From a virus: a DNA stretch of 64,000 nucleotides. The notes below the pieces were generated by a model. It saw only the letters and a list, made by a program, of their open reading frames with translations. It had not been told where the DNA came from and did no database searches. The stretch lies in IMG/VR virus record IMGVR_UViG_3300031949_000350, positions 15,470 to 79,469 of that record. The stretch is one strand, 5' to 3'. The stretch's first letter is position 1. Each line of letters begins with the position of its first letter. Position numbers and translations under genes: made by a program. Of the stretch, positions 27,088-37,273 are shown one piece after another.

Positions 27088-30000
27088 CAAGAACGGAATT
27101 TGGATCGACCCCACGGCAAAGGATCTCGATGAGTTCCGGCGTCAGCTTACCGAGAAGGAGGCGGTGACGACAGAGATCACTCCGAACATTGTCAAGGCCC
27201 TCACGACGGGTCTGGCCGAAAGCCAGACTTCCGAGGGCAATGAGGCGCTCTTCAGCGCCATCAGTCGCCTTCAGGGTCCGGTGGACGTAGTCATCCCCGT
27301 CTATGCCGGGCTTCATGTCGTCAAGCCGTGCATCGACGCTCTCCGAGCCAGGACAGACTGGCCGTATCAGCTTATTGTAGTTGATGACGCATCCCCGGAC
27401 CCCGTGACGAAGGAGTACCTTACTCGACTGAAGGATGAGGGTGCGAAGGTACTGTTCAACAACAACAACCGCGGCTTCGCGGCTACGGTCAACCGTGGCG
27501 TGGCAGCCGGCGAGAACCCATACGTCGTGGTGCTGAATTCCGACACATTGGTGACCGAGAACTGGCTTACCAAGATGCTGATCGCGCTGGAGTCAGATCC
27601 CGCCAACATGATCTGCAATCCGGCGACGAACAACACGGCTATGATCAATGTCAACATGTATACGGGTCAGAACTACCTTGACATGGCCCGTGCAATGGAC
27701 AAGCTCCGCGGCATCAAGTACCCTGAGCTTATGCCGACTGGATTCTGCTTCATGTTCCGCCGTGCCCTGTGGAATGTGGTCGGCCCGTTTGACGAGGCAT
27801 ACGTCTCCTACGGCGAGGAGTCCGATTTCTGGTTCAAGACGATCCGCCTCGTGGATGAGGAAGGATTCATGCTCAACTACAAGGCGGTGCTGGCGGACAA
27901 TGCCTATGTCTACCACGAGCGCGGGACCAGCTTCAGTCAGCTTGGTGCAGTCAACCATAAGAAGCAGCGAGACGCAGGCAGCGCGCGCTTCAAGGTTCTC
28001 CATCCTCAGTTCGGTGAGTGGGTGAAGGGATATAAGGTGGACGAGGCGGTGGGCCATCTCCGCAACGGCATTCCGCCCACAGCGTTCAAACATACCTTCA
28101 AAGGCAACGTAGCGTGGGTCGTGAAGTCGGCTGGCCCTTGTGGTGGCATGTACTTCATCGCCGATATCATCAATCAGATGATCGAGGATGGCTATAATGT
28201 CAAGCTCTGCGTAATCAATGAGCTTCAATCCGAGGAACTTCCGGTGGTGGGCAACCTTCATTGTCAGCCCATTCACTTCTCCTCCGTTGATGATTTCGTG
28301 GCTACGTTCGAGAGTCGATGCTTCAGTGAGGGTACACTGCTGGCTGCTGTGACGGAGCTTACCCCTGCCGTCTACCGAGTGCATAACCGCAATCCCAAAA
28401 TCCAGATCTTCAATCATGTTCAGAGTTGGGATGTGGATCTCGCCAACTTCATTGGGAAGCCCGAGCTTGCCGCGGAATTTGTTGAATCCTACAAGCGAGT
28501 TCCCAACATCGTCTGCTCTATGTGGGTAGCCGATAAGGTGATTGAAGTAGAGGGAGAGGTGGCCGGCGTAGTGCGTCCTGGCGTGAATCCTCTGCTCTTC
28601 CATAGTCGATACCGAGAGAAGCATGATGATCGATTCACGGTCGGTGTGCTTCTTCTTCAGAATTATCCTTTCAAGGGCTTCAACCGTGGGGCCGAGTATT
28701 GCAAGAAGCTGATCGAGATCGCTCGTGATAGCGGTAAAGAGATCAAAGTCGTAGGCATCGGTATTGATGCTATGATAAGTGTTCCTGGTGTGACTTGCAT
28801 CGGGTCACTCAGTCTGAGTAAGATGGCTGACGTGATGGGTAACGAGATCGATGTGTTCGTGGACCCGGCGGATCTTCACTCCTACGGACTCCCGGCACTT
28901 GAGGCGCTCGTATCAGGATGCAAGGCCATCACGTTCCAGAACAAGGGTGTCTATGAGTACGCCATGAACTGGGGAGATCGGATCTATATCGCTAATGATG
29001 TGGACGACGCTGTCGAAGCTACGATGGGCTTCTTTGAGAAGAAGATCAATCGGACGGTCACCCGAGAGCAAGTAGCACTGCATAGTCGGGCGGAAGCGGT
29101 GGATAAATTTATTCAGGCTGTATTCCCGCCCCCGGTTGAGTCCAAGAGCGTGAGAATTGAAGTCGTTACCCCGCATCTTCGTAAGCATGGAGGCCCGACT
29201 ACGAACATCGCGCTGGCTAACAACTTGATTGAACTGGGTCACAACGTGACGATAAGCATGATCCACACGGACTGGAACCCGGAAGTCTTCAGCATGTCGA
29301 AGGCACGGGTGCGGACGAAATGGGACAAGGTACCCAGCGACGCCAAGGCGGTTATCATCAACTCCGACAATCCGTATGCGGAGAAGATCATGACCGAGAA
29401 CCCAGGGCGCAAGTATATCATGTACAAGCTCTCCCACAACGCGCGCTTCAAGATCGAGGAGTCGAATAACCTCAATCTACCGTGGGACCACATCATCACG
29501 AGCACTCAATGGCTCAAAGATGCTTGCCATACGCTGCTGCCAGAGTGGGAGCACAAGACGTGGCCGGATGAGAAGGTCACTGTCGTGGGTTGGTATCACT
29601 ATGGGCACCCGATCTTCAACTGCGATCCGCACAACCGGAACTATGGAGATACGACTTCCGGCTTCCGAGTGGCGACGCTGATCCACGGGCACCCGCTCAA
29701 GGGTAGCGAGAACGCGGTGGCGGCTATGACCGGAGTGAAGAAGAAGTACGGTAACTACTTCCACCCGGTCGGCATCGGTGAGGTGCCGAAGACGAAGCTC
29801 CCCCAGTTCATGCAGTACATCCTCTCTCCCAACCGTCAGGATCTCGCGCACGTCTTCCGTCAAGTGGACATCTGGTTCGGTGCGAGCCACACGGAGGGCC
29901 TTGGGCGGCTGGCGCTTGAGGCGATGAGTTCTGGGACCGCGGTCATCACGACTGACACTGGTGCCGAGTTCATGAAGCACGAGGAGAACTGCCTACTCTA

Positions 30001-30178
30001 TCCGGTTGGGAATCCACAAGCCGGCGCTGAGGCGATTGACCGGCTGATCAATGACCGCAAGCTGATGACCAAGGTCGTGATCAATGGTTATTCGACTGCG
30101 AAGCTGGCGGCTAGCCCTGAGCCCTTCAAGGCCAAGGTGAACAAAGTGATTCTGGAGGTTATAGATGAAAAAGTGTAG
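27077..30178 (+). CDS. Multidomain glycosyltransferase (GT2 plus two GT-B/GT4-like modules)
   Basis: VVIPVY, VDDASPD, NRGFA..N.G, LNSDT, YGEESD; YGLPALEALVSG; EGLGRLALEAMSSG. Confidence 0.9.
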   Translation: MPFNKNGIWIDPTAKDLDEFRRQLTEKEAVTTEITPNIVKALTTGLAESQTSEGNEALFSAISRLQGPVDVVIPVYAGLHVVKPCIDALRARTDWPYQLIVVDDASPDPVTKEYLTRLKDEGAKVLFNNNNRGFAATVNRGVAAGENPYVVVLNSDTLVTENWLTKMLIALESDPANMICNPATNNTAMINVNMYTGQNYLDMARAMDKLRGIKYPELMPTGFCFMFRRALWNVVGPFDEAYVSYGEESDFWFKTIRLVDEEGFMLNYKAVLADNAYVYHERGTSFSQLGAVNHKKQRDAGSARFKVLHPQFGEWVKGYKVDEAVGHLRNGIPPTAFKHTFKGNVAWVVKSAGPCGGMYFIADIINQMIEDGYNVKLCVINELQSEELPVVGNLHCQPIHFSSVDDFVATFESRCFSEGTLLAAVTELTPAVYRVHNRNPKIQIFNHVQSWDVDLANFIGKPELAAEFVESYKRVPNIVCSMWVADKVIEVEGEVAGVVRPGVNPLLFHSRYREKHDDRFTVGVLLLQNYPFKGFNRGAEYCKKLIEIARDSGKEIKVVGIGIDAMISVPGVTCIGSLSLSKMADVMGNEIDVFVDPADLHSYGLPALEALVSGCKAITFQNKGVYEYAMNWGDRIYIANDVDDAVEATMGFFEKKINRTVTREQVALHSRAEAVDKFIQAVFPPPVESKSVRIEVVTPHLRKHGGPTTNIALANNLIELGHNVTISMIHTDWNPEVFSMSKARVRTKWDKVPSDAKAVIINSDNPYAEKIMTENPGRKYIMYKLSHNARFKIEESNNLNLPWDHIITSTQWLKDACHTLLPEWEHKTWPDEKVTVVGWYHYGHPIFNCDPHNRNYGDTTSGFRVATLIHGHPLKGSENAVAAMTGVKKKYGNYFHPVGIGEVPKTKLPQFMQYILSPNRQDLAHVFRQVDIWFGASHTEGLGRLALEAMSSGTAVITTDTGAEFMKHEENCLLYPVGNPQAGAEAIDRLINDRKLMTKVVINGYSTAKLAASPEPFKAKVNKVILEVIDEKV

Positions 30179-30596
30179 CAGATGTCAAATAGAGAAAGAA
30201 CTCACTGAGTTCTCAAAAGATAAGAGACTAGCTAGCGGGATCGGGGCTCAATGTAAACAATGCGTAAATGAACGTCATGGAATATGGTATGAAGCTAATA
30301 AAGATTTAGCTTTTACTCTTACCAAAGACTGGCAGAAGCGTAATCCTGATAAAGTGAAATACTATTCGCGTACAAGAGATTTACGCAGATATGGGCTTGA
30401 AAGATCTGACTTTGAGAATATGTTAGACCTTCAAGAAGGTAAATGCAATGTTTGTTTAAAAGAATTTCTTTCAACTCCGTGTGTAGAGCATTGTCATAAA
30501 ACTAAGAAAGTAAGAGGATTGGTGTGTAAACACTGTAATACTAGTCTGGCTTGGTTTGAAAAGAATAAAGAAAGGATCATGGATCATGTCATTTAA
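30165..30596 (+). CDS. Endonuclease VII-family endonuclease
   Basis: KKCSRC..K..EF, QEGKCNVC, VEHCH, VRGLVCKHCN; AT-rich. Confidence 0.85.
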   Translation: MKKCSRCQIEKELTEFSKDKRLASGIGAQCKQCVNERHGIWYEANKDLAFTLTKDWQKRNPDKVKYYSRTRDLRRYGLERSDFENMLDLQEGKCNVCLKEFLSTPCVEHCHKTKKVRGLVCKHCNTSLAWFEKNKERIMDHVI

Positions 30597-31335
30597 AATC
30601 CGCCGTGGCGTAGGAATCGCCCACTACAATCGACTCGACACTCTGGACACTATCGTCAAGGCAGTCCTTGATACGGTGCCGGAAGATTGCCGTGTGGTCA
30701 TCGCCGACGACGGATCTGAGGGTGATGTTGCCAAGGTGGCACGAGAGAATAATGTGATTCTTATTCAGGGTCCGAACGCTGGTGTGGCGGCCAATAAGAA
30801 TCGAGTGCTTTGGGCATTACAAGACACGCACTTCATCACAATCCTTGAGGATGATCTGATGCCCATTGAGAGGGGGTGGTTCGAGGCTTATGAGCAGGCA
30901 GCGACACTTTCAGGCATTCATCACTTCTGTCGCGTACAGAGGCGCATGGTTGCGGAAGCAATTCCTTCGTTCACTACCTTCATGGCTAGCCACAATTACA
31001 CTCCTGCTTATGGTCCTAGTCCCCGGGGTGATTTTACTTTTCTTACTAGTGCTGTTATCGCTCGTGTTGGTGGATTCAACCCGCGCTTTCGCGGAGCGGG
31101 CTATGCGCACGGAGAGTGGAGTAATCGGGTTCATCGGGCGGGTCTTATCCCGCATCCGAACAAGTGGGTGGACATCGCGGAAGCGGGGCTGAAGTTCAAG
31201 CAGATTGGCGACACGGTCGGCGGGCGCTGGGTTCAGGATGAGGCCGCCATCAAGCGGCAGATCAACCGCAACAAGACGGTCTACAAGGAGCTTCAGAAGC
31301 TAGACTATACCTACCATCCCCTGGTGCTTGAATGA
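30586..31335 (+). CDS. GT2-family glycosyltransferase
   Basis: YNR, IADDGS, NAGVAANKN, LEDD, VGGFNPRF.G.GY. Confidence 0.85.
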   Translation: MSFKIRRGVGIAHYNRLDTLDTIVKAVLDTVPEDCRVVIADDGSEGDVAKVARENNVILIQGPNAGVAANKNRVLWALQDTHFITILEDDLMPIERGWFEAYEQAATLSGIHHFCRVQRRMVAEAIPSFTTFMASHNYTPAYGPSPRGDFTFLTSAVIARVGGFNPRFRGAGYAHGEWSNRVHRAGLIPHPNKWVDIAEAGLKFKQIGDTVGGRWVQDEAAIKRQINRNKTVYKELQKLDYTYHPLVLE

Positions 31336-31464
31336 GCAATCTACCCTCCATCTTTACATACAATGATGCCACGGTAGAGATCAGATTCACAGATACTCAT
31401 GTAGAAGTATCGGTGTTTATAGGTGATAGAGAGCTACGATCAAGAGCACCTATTCCGAGGAGCA

Positions 31465-32061
31465 ATGATGCAGAGTGAAGAAAAGGAGCCGTTCGTTATT
31501 CGCCTCGGTGACAATCTGTTCACTTGGGTAGACCAAGAGGATTCCTGTCTGGCTGGTATGGGCTGGACCGCGAAACAGAGCGGTAGGAAGGGTATCCCCC
31601 ACTACTATGCAGAAAATATCACAAAGATTGCCGGTCAGGTCTTCCGTCATAATCTACATACACTGGTTTGGGAGCGCATGATGGAGGCTCAGCTTCCCCC
31701 GAACTTCCTCGTAGATCATATCAACGGAGACAAGCTCGACAACCGGAGGAGCAACCTACGGCTCGCTACCCGGAGCGATAACGAGGGCAACAAGCGCAAG
31801 CGCAGGAGCCACAAGAAGAAGGACGGCACCACGGACACGAGTTCCAAGTACAAAGGCGTCACCCAGATCAAGGATGGGCGAAAGAAGTGCTGGCGTGCTA
31901 TCATCTCTACGAACGCCAACAACATGGGCAAGACGAAGCAAGTCAACCTCGGCACCTACTACTCTGAGCGGGAAGCCGCTGAGGCGTACAACAAGGCGGC
32001 CCTTGAACAATTCGGGGAGTTCGCGCTGATCAATGAATTCGAGGAGGATGAGAATGTCTGA
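31465..32061 (+). CDS. HNH endonuclease with AP2 DNA-binding domain
   Basis: VDHINGDKLDNRRSNLR, SSKYKGV, WRA.I, LG.Y..E.EAA.AYN.AA. Confidence 0.9.
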   Translation: MMQSEEKEPFVIRLGDNLFTWVDQEDSCLAGMGWTAKQSGRKGIPHYYAENITKIAGQVFRHNLHTLVWERMMEAQLPPNFLVDHINGDKLDNRRSNLRLATRSDNEGNKRKRRSHKKKDGTTDTSSKYKGVTQIKDGRKKCWRAIISTNANNMGKTKQVNLGTYYSEREAAEAYNKAALEQFGEFALINEFEEDENV

Positions 32062-32860
32062 CGAAGTGACGCTTGAGCCTACTACCGAGGTGACCCTTCT
32101 CCCCGACGAGATCGTCTGGGATGTGGAGAAGCCCGAGATGGAACTTGACTTGATCGTCTGGCCTGAGCCGTTCCTTCGCTACAATGCCGCCCCCTTCACG
32201 GAGGAGCAGATCAAGTCTGAACTCGTCCGCAATGTGACGGGTGCTATGATCCGGGCCATGTACCGCTACAGGGGTGTGGGGCTCGCCGCGGAGCAAGTGG
32301 GCGTGCCGCAGTCGGTCATCGTGATCGATTCCGAATACCTCAAGACCGAGAAGAAGAACCCCAAGGTCTTCTACAACCCAGTGATCGTGGGTGAGGATGG
32401 TGGCGTAGTTGAGGTGGAGCATCCTGGCGAGGGCTGTCTGTCACTCCCCTACGGCTACTACCAGCCGGTGTCACGCGCCAAGCGAATCGAGCTTGAGTGG
32501 CTGGACCACAAGGGTGAGTTCCACACGGAGTGGTTCGATGGTATGGAGGCGATCATCCTTCAGCATGAAGTGGACCATCTCTACGGCACGCTCTTCGTGG
32601 ATCGGCTGAGCCGTGTCAAGCGCGATATGTTCAAGCGTCGCGCTCGCAAGGTTCGGAGACAGATCGAGAACCAATACAAGCGGCGGCTGAGTGAACTGAA
32701 GAATGCGCCGCGCACGCACGCCTTCAATCTGGAGCGGGCGCGGAAGTGGGAGATCAAAGTTCAAGGGAGGAAGACAAATGAAAATCGGAACGATACTGCA
32801 CGAGAAGGTGATGTGGATCTGGGTGTTGCCGCAGGGCTGCTCGGAGAAGCTCTGGTTTAG
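32054..32860 (+). CDS. def: Peptide deformylase
   Basis: GVGLAAEQVG, EGCLSLP, QHEVDHLYG. Confidence 0.93.
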   Translation: MSDEVTLEPTTEVTLLPDEIVWDVEKPEMELDLIVWPEPFLRYNAAPFTEEQIKSELVRNVTGAMIRAMYRYRGVGLAAEQVGVPQSVIVIDSEYLKTEKKNPKVFYNPVIVGEDGGVVEVEHPGEGCLSLPYGYYQPVSRAKRIELEWLDHKGEFHTEWFDGMEAIILQHEVDHLYGTLFVDRLSRVKRDMFKRRARKVRRQIENQYKRRLSELKNAPRTHAFNLERARKWEIKVQGRKTNENRNDTAREGDVDLGVAAGLLGEALV

Positions 32861-33062
32861 GTGTGATACGGCCAATGAGTTTGCAGGCGCTCAACAGTTC
32901 TTCTACGCCAATGTGGAAAATCAGTTCTGCAAGCAAATCGCGAAGGACAGGAAAGTCATGTATGAGCTTGGGTGGAAGGACGCCAAGAGCAAGAAGCCGA
33001 AGAAGGATACATTCAGCGGATGCTTGAATACGGCCGATGAAAGCGTGGCGTGGACGGAGTAA
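32778..33062 (+). CDS. Hypothetical protein
   Basis: ATG with SD gggagg. Confidence 0.45.
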   Translation: MKIGTILHEKVMWIWVLPQGCSEKLWFRCDTANEFAGAQQFFYANVENQFCKQIAKDRKVMYELGWKDAKSKKPKKDTFSGCLNTADESVAWTE

Positions 33063-33063
33063 C

Positions 33064-33978
33064 ATGAAGATCCTTGTAGCGCACAACGGGAAGATGTTCG
33101 ATAGTCAGCCTATCGAAACGTATGCCCGGTCGATGATTCGTGTCCTGCGGGAGCGTGGGCACGAGGTAATCGAATCGCCCAAGCACCCGCCGGTGGCTCG
33201 TGCTGTCTACAAGGAAGTGGACCTTCTACTTGACATTGACTGTGGCCGTGATGACAAGGGTCAGCTTCGATGGCACGGGGAGAAGGATAAGCCTGATTGT
33301 CCCAGCGCGGTCTATCTCATCGATTCCCACGGTTACCCGGAGATGCACCAGAAACTTGCTCGCAAATACGACCACGTCTTCTTCGCAGTGTGGAGCAAGC
33401 GGGATCTCTTCGCTGCCCACAAGTCGGCGCATTGGAGCCCAAACTTCACGGACGACAAGTGGTTCGACCGGGAACTCTTCCAAGGCTCCAGGCTCCACTA
33501 TGACTTCGGGTTCTTCGGCTCCAAGGGTGGCCTTGACAGGGCGAACCCCATGAAAGAAGTCGCCGAGAAGTACGGGTGGGCTGTCCGCATTGATCAGATC
33601 CGGCGCCCTGAGAAGCATCGCTGGCCCTACACGGGACAGGCTATGTACGAGTGCAACTATCTATTCAACCACGGCCAAAAGCACGACGGGCCGAATCTCC
33701 GGGTGATGGAATCAATGCTGGTGGGGCGAACGCTGATCAATAACTCTGATAGCAGAGACGGAATGAACAAGCTATTCGAGCCGTATATTCACTATGTCCC
33801 CTTCGGCGAGTTCAAGGAAGGCACCTACCGTTGTGACGATCTTAGGGATGCGATGCTCTTCTGCAAGAACAATCCCCTGAGCGCGCGACTGATCGCAGGG
33901 CACGCCTACAATGAGGTCAAGGCCAAGCATCTCGTGGGTAACCGAATCGATCAGATCTTGGAAATCGTCAATGCATGA
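33064..33978 (+). CDS. GT-B glycosyltransferase (CgeB/Glyco_trans_1_2-like)
   Basis: YDFGFFGS, NLRVMES..G, IA..AY.EV..KH...NRI.QIL. Confidence 0.75.
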   Translation: MKILVAHNGKMFDSQPIETYARSMIRVLRERGHEVIESPKHPPVARAVYKEVDLLLDIDCGRDDKGQLRWHGEKDKPDCPSAVYLIDSHGYPEMHQKLARKYDHVFFAVWSKRDLFAAHKSAHWSPNFTDDKWFDRELFQGSRLHYDFGFFGSKGGLDRANPMKEVAEKYGWAVRIDQIRRPEKHRWPYTGQAMYECNYLFNHGQKHDGPNLRVMESMLVGRTLINNSDSRDGMNKLFEPYIHYVPFGEFKEGTYRCDDLRDAMLFCKNNPLSARLIAGHAYNEVKAKHLVGNRIDQILEIVNA

Positions 33979-34137
33979 CGTAACTAAGACTCAATACGTT
34001 TGCGTTCCGCCGGAAGACAGCAAGCTCAGTATACTCGAACTGACTGATTACGGCGCCGAAGTCGCGTACATCCTTTGTAAGCAGGGTTACGAAGTCTATC
34101 GTGTGACAACCACTTGGGAAAAGTTGGGAGGCTAGAA

Positions 34138-34956
34138 ATGGAGACTGGCATTCGACTCGGGTTCATTGGTGCAGGATTCGTGGGTGGCGCGATGATCCGC
34201 GGCTTCTCGAATTTCTTCCCGATCACTATCTATGACAAGGGTAAGGACATCGGCTCACTTCAATCGGTTGCCGAGAACTCCGATGTCATTTTCCTCTGCC
34301 TGCCCACTCCTGAAGGGCCTGATGGCGAATGCGATACTTCCATCGTGCATTCGACTCTGATGGACCTCCATTCCGCACTCGAAAATGCACAACTGTGCGA
34401 CAAAGAAGTAGTGATCCGGTCCACGGTACCCCCTGAATGGATTTCCTCAGCCACGCGCGGTTTCGACCGTTTCAACCTATTGTTCATGCCTGAGTTCCTT
34501 ACTGCACGCTGTGCGGATCTCGATTTCATCACTTCCAGCCGATTCATCATTGGAACGGCAGAGCCGAATGATTGTTTCGACTATGAGTTAACTGAATTTG
34601 TGTTCAAGCTTCGATTCCCGGGTGCCCCGATTAAGATCATGACGTGGGAGGAAGCGGCTATGCTCAAGTACGCCGTGAACAACTTCTTCATAGTCAAGGT
34701 CAGCTTCTTCAATGAGATCTACGACATGTGTGTGAATATGGGCGTTGACCCTGACCGGGTGATCCATGAGATGCTGAACGATGGCCGTATTGGCCGGTCG
34801 CACTGGCAAGTGCCGGGGCCGGATGGGAAGCGAGGGTTCGGAGGGGCTTGCTTCCCTAAAGATAGTAGCGCCTATTGTCATATTGCAAGGAGTGTAGACG
34901 TAGAACCTATTATGGTAGAGGCAGCCCGCAAGGTCAACAAGCGAGTGCGACGATGA
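34138..34956 (+). CDS. UDP-glucose/GDP-mannose dehydrogenase family protein (short form)
   Basis: IGAGFVG, CLPTP, RSTVPP, PEFL, KYAVN, GFGGACFPKD. Confidence 0.9.
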   Translation: METGIRLGFIGAGFVGGAMIRGFSNFFPITIYDKGKDIGSLQSVAENSDVIFLCLPTPEGPDGECDTSIVHSTLMDLHSALENAQLCDKEVVIRSTVPPEWISSATRGFDRFNLLFMPEFLTARCADLDFITSSRFIIGTAEPNDCFDYELTEFVFKLRFPGAPIKIMTWEEAAMLKYAVNNFFIVKVSFFNEIYDMCVNMGVDPDRVIHEMLNDGRIGRSHWQVPGPDGKRGFGGACFPKDSSAYCHIARSVDVEPIMVEAARKVNKRVRR

Positions 34957-35100
34957 CAGTTGAAGAATGCCCGAACTGTGGCCGGTTCTTAGGCAGGAGC
35001 AGCTTCTACGATGGCTACTTCTATTCGTGGTGGTGTGACATCCACGGCTTCAATGGCGGTGGATTTAAGCTTATCCCGTTCAATTTCGAGGAGATCAACA

Positions 35101-35763
35101 ATGCGCAAGATTGATCTTAGTTTTGACGGCGCACCGCTGCGGCCGGAGATGATCATTGAGCACACCAAGCATCATGTGGGAGATGCCCACATCGGTAAGA
35201 ACCATCCCTGGAACCGCGAGGTGAAGCCGTGGATGGACTACCCGTGGAAGAAGACGAAGATGCACACCGACCTTGAGTGCCACTACTTCTACCGCACAGC
35301 CAAGCTGATCGGCACTGGAAACTATCTCAGCCTCGGCGCCTATAAGGGACTCTCTACCGCCTGTCTGGCGATGGGCCTTCGGAACTCCGGCTGCCAAGGT
35401 AAGGTCTACGCTGTGGATCTCTTCAATCACGGTGAAGGCTCTCGCGAGTCGTTCAACATGGGCATGGATAGTACCGGGCTTTGGCCTTGGGTTGAAGTCT
35501 GTGTGGGCTTCACTCAGGACTGGGCTCCCCAGTTCATGGAGCAGGGTCTTAGATTCAAGTTCATTCTCATTGACGCTGATCATGGCTACGAGACTTGCAA
35601 GCTGGACTTTGAACTCTACAATGAGCTTCTGACCCCGGACGGATTGATCGCTTTCCACGATGTCAACTTCACCACTGTCAACCGTGTGATCGAAGAGATC
35701 GACAAGGACCAGTGGGAGCAAGTAGATCACGTCTATCGGCTGAAGACGTTCGCACGGAGGTAG
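35101..35763 (+). CDS. Class I SAM methyltransferase (Methyltransf_24-like)
   Basis: LGAYKGLST, AVDLF, IDADHGYE, G.IAFHD. Confidence 0.85.
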   Translation: MRKIDLSFDGAPLRPEMIIEHTKHHVGDAHIGKNHPWNREVKPWMDYPWKKTKMHTDLECHYFYRTAKLIGTGNYLSLGAYKGLSTACLAMGLRNSGCQGKVYAVDLFNHGEGSRESFNMGMDSTGLWPWVEVCVGFTQDWAPQFMEQGLRFKFILIDADHGYETCKLDFELYNELLTPDGLIAFHDVNFTTVNRVIEEIDKDQWEQVDHVYRLKTFARR

Positions 35764-35764
35764 T

Positions 35765-36526
35765 ATGGGTAACCCTAGTGTTATGGTATTGGTCAAAAAT
35801 GAGGCGTATTGGCTGCCCTATACTTTGTGGCAGACTAAGGGCATCTTCGACAGCTATGTCATCTACGACATCGGCTCCACCGACGGAACCCAGCATATCA
35901 TCAAGAAATTTACAGATGAAATGGACGAGAAAGCGGACTTCTTCATTCGCTATCTCCCGCACTGCCCGCCTGAGGTGCAGGGCGCCTTCCGCAATTCCAT
36001 GATCGCTGAAGGTGACCGGGATATTTACTTCCTTCTCGACGGTGATGAGCTTTACTCTCCCGCCGACTTACTGAAGATCCCGCAATATGCGGATAATCTC
36101 GCAGGCCGAAATGAGGATGACCACAACAAAAAGTACGGCGTGTTCAAGCGAGTGGAGGTTACCTCTGATCTCAGTCAGCGCTATCTTGAAGAACGAACCC
36201 ATCATCGACTCTATCATCAGACCGCATGGTGGACGGGGACTCATCCTGGCGAGCGGCCCTTCTATGATTTGAAGAATGCCCGCGAAATGAACTTCTTCGA
36301 CATTACTTGCTGGCACATGCACAACACACTTCGCTCTCCTAGTGAGGATGAAGTGCCGAAGCGTATGAAGCGAAAGAGCCAAGGGACATATCATCCAGGC
36401 AATGAGCTTGGAGTTCTTGGCATCAGCCTGCTCGATATTCTCCCGATTCTACGCAAGCCTGTGGCTTCCTTCCCCGTCAACCCAGCGTTGGCGAAGCTTC
36501 AGGAGGAGTATCGCAATGCTCAGTAA
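35765..36526 (+). CDS. GT2-family glycosyltransferase
   Basis: VKNEA..L, DIGSTDGT, RN, LDGDE. Confidence 0.82.
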   Translation: MGNPSVMVLVKNEAYWLPYTLWQTKGIFDSYVIYDIGSTDGTQHIIKKFTDEMDEKADFFIRYLPHCPPEVQGAFRNSMIAEGDRDIYFLLDGDELYSPADLLKIPQYADNLAGRNEDDHNKKYGVFKRVEVTSDLSQRYLEERTHHRLYHQTAWWTGTHPGERPFYDLKNAREMNFFDITCWHMHNTLRSPSEDEVPKRMKRKSQGTYHPGNELGVLGISLLDILPILRKPVASFPVNPALAKLQEEYRNAQ

Positions 36527-36683
36527 ATGTTCATGTGGTAGGTATACGAATTACGGCTCTACCTGCGTCTCATGCGCTATGGCTAAGAAGAGCGGGCAAG
36601 AGTACGAAGAGATTGATATTGACGATCTCTTCATGACCGACGAGGAAGAGGAAGAGCGCGATAATAAGAAGGATGAGAAATGA
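36516..36683 (+). CDS. Small Zn-finger/acidic protein
   Basis: CSC..CVSC; SD aggagg. Confidence 0.4.
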   Translation: MLSKCSCGRYTNYGSTCVSCAMAKKSGQEYEEIDIDDLFMTDEEEEERDNKKDEK

Positions 36684-37273
36684 CACCCGAAATGCTCGAA
36701 CAGTTCGCTCGTAAGAATAGGCTGGCGGTGGACCAGGCTACATCCAAAGACGTAGCCTATTGTTGCTCGAATGATGAAGCCATCGTACTCTACACGACCG
36801 CGCTTCAGCTTCGGCCAGCAGCCATCTTTGAGTGCGGCACGGCAGTTGGATGGAGTTCCTATTGGCTGGCCGCTGGGGCGAATGCTAACGAGCACCATCG
36901 GCATGTGCCGGCCAGGGATTGGGATGTCCCGGTCTATTCGTTCGATGTATGGAAACGGGATCAGCTATTCTCACATGACTGTGTTCAGAAGATCATCGGA
37001 CGCTATAATGAACTTATCAACCATTACGGTAGTCGGTTCTATGGACGGACGAAGCTCTTCTTCATTGACGGAAATCACTCACTGGAAGGAATCCAGAAGG
37101 ATTGGTTCGCTACTGAGTCTGTAGTCGAGCCAGGAGACAAGATCATATTTCATGACGTAATCTCGGAGACTGGGTCGCGTCGATTCGACGAACAGTTCCA
37201 AGATTCCTTCCCGAACTACCGCCGAGAACTCTACCGAACCTACAACGGGATCGTGGTCTACACCGCGACGTAG
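36680..37273 (+). CDS. Class I SAM methyltransferase (Methyltransf_24-like)
   Basis: ECGTAVGWS, FIDGNHS, PGDKIIFHD. Confidence 0.82.
   Translation: MTPEMLEQFARKNRLAVDQATSKDVAYCCSNDEAIVLYTTALQLRPAAIFECGTAVGWSSYWLAAGANANEHHRHVPARDWDVPVYSFDVWKRDQLFSHDCVQKIIGRYNELINHYGSRFYGRTKLFFIDGNHSLEGIQKDWFATESVVEPGDKIIFHDVISETGSRRFDEQFQDSFPNYRRELYRTYNGIVVYTAT

Noticed and set aside
30165-32061. Direct repeats around the Endo VII gene at 30165 and the HNH-AP2 gene at 31465
   Set aside because: Only weak, imperfect matches were found at their boundaries
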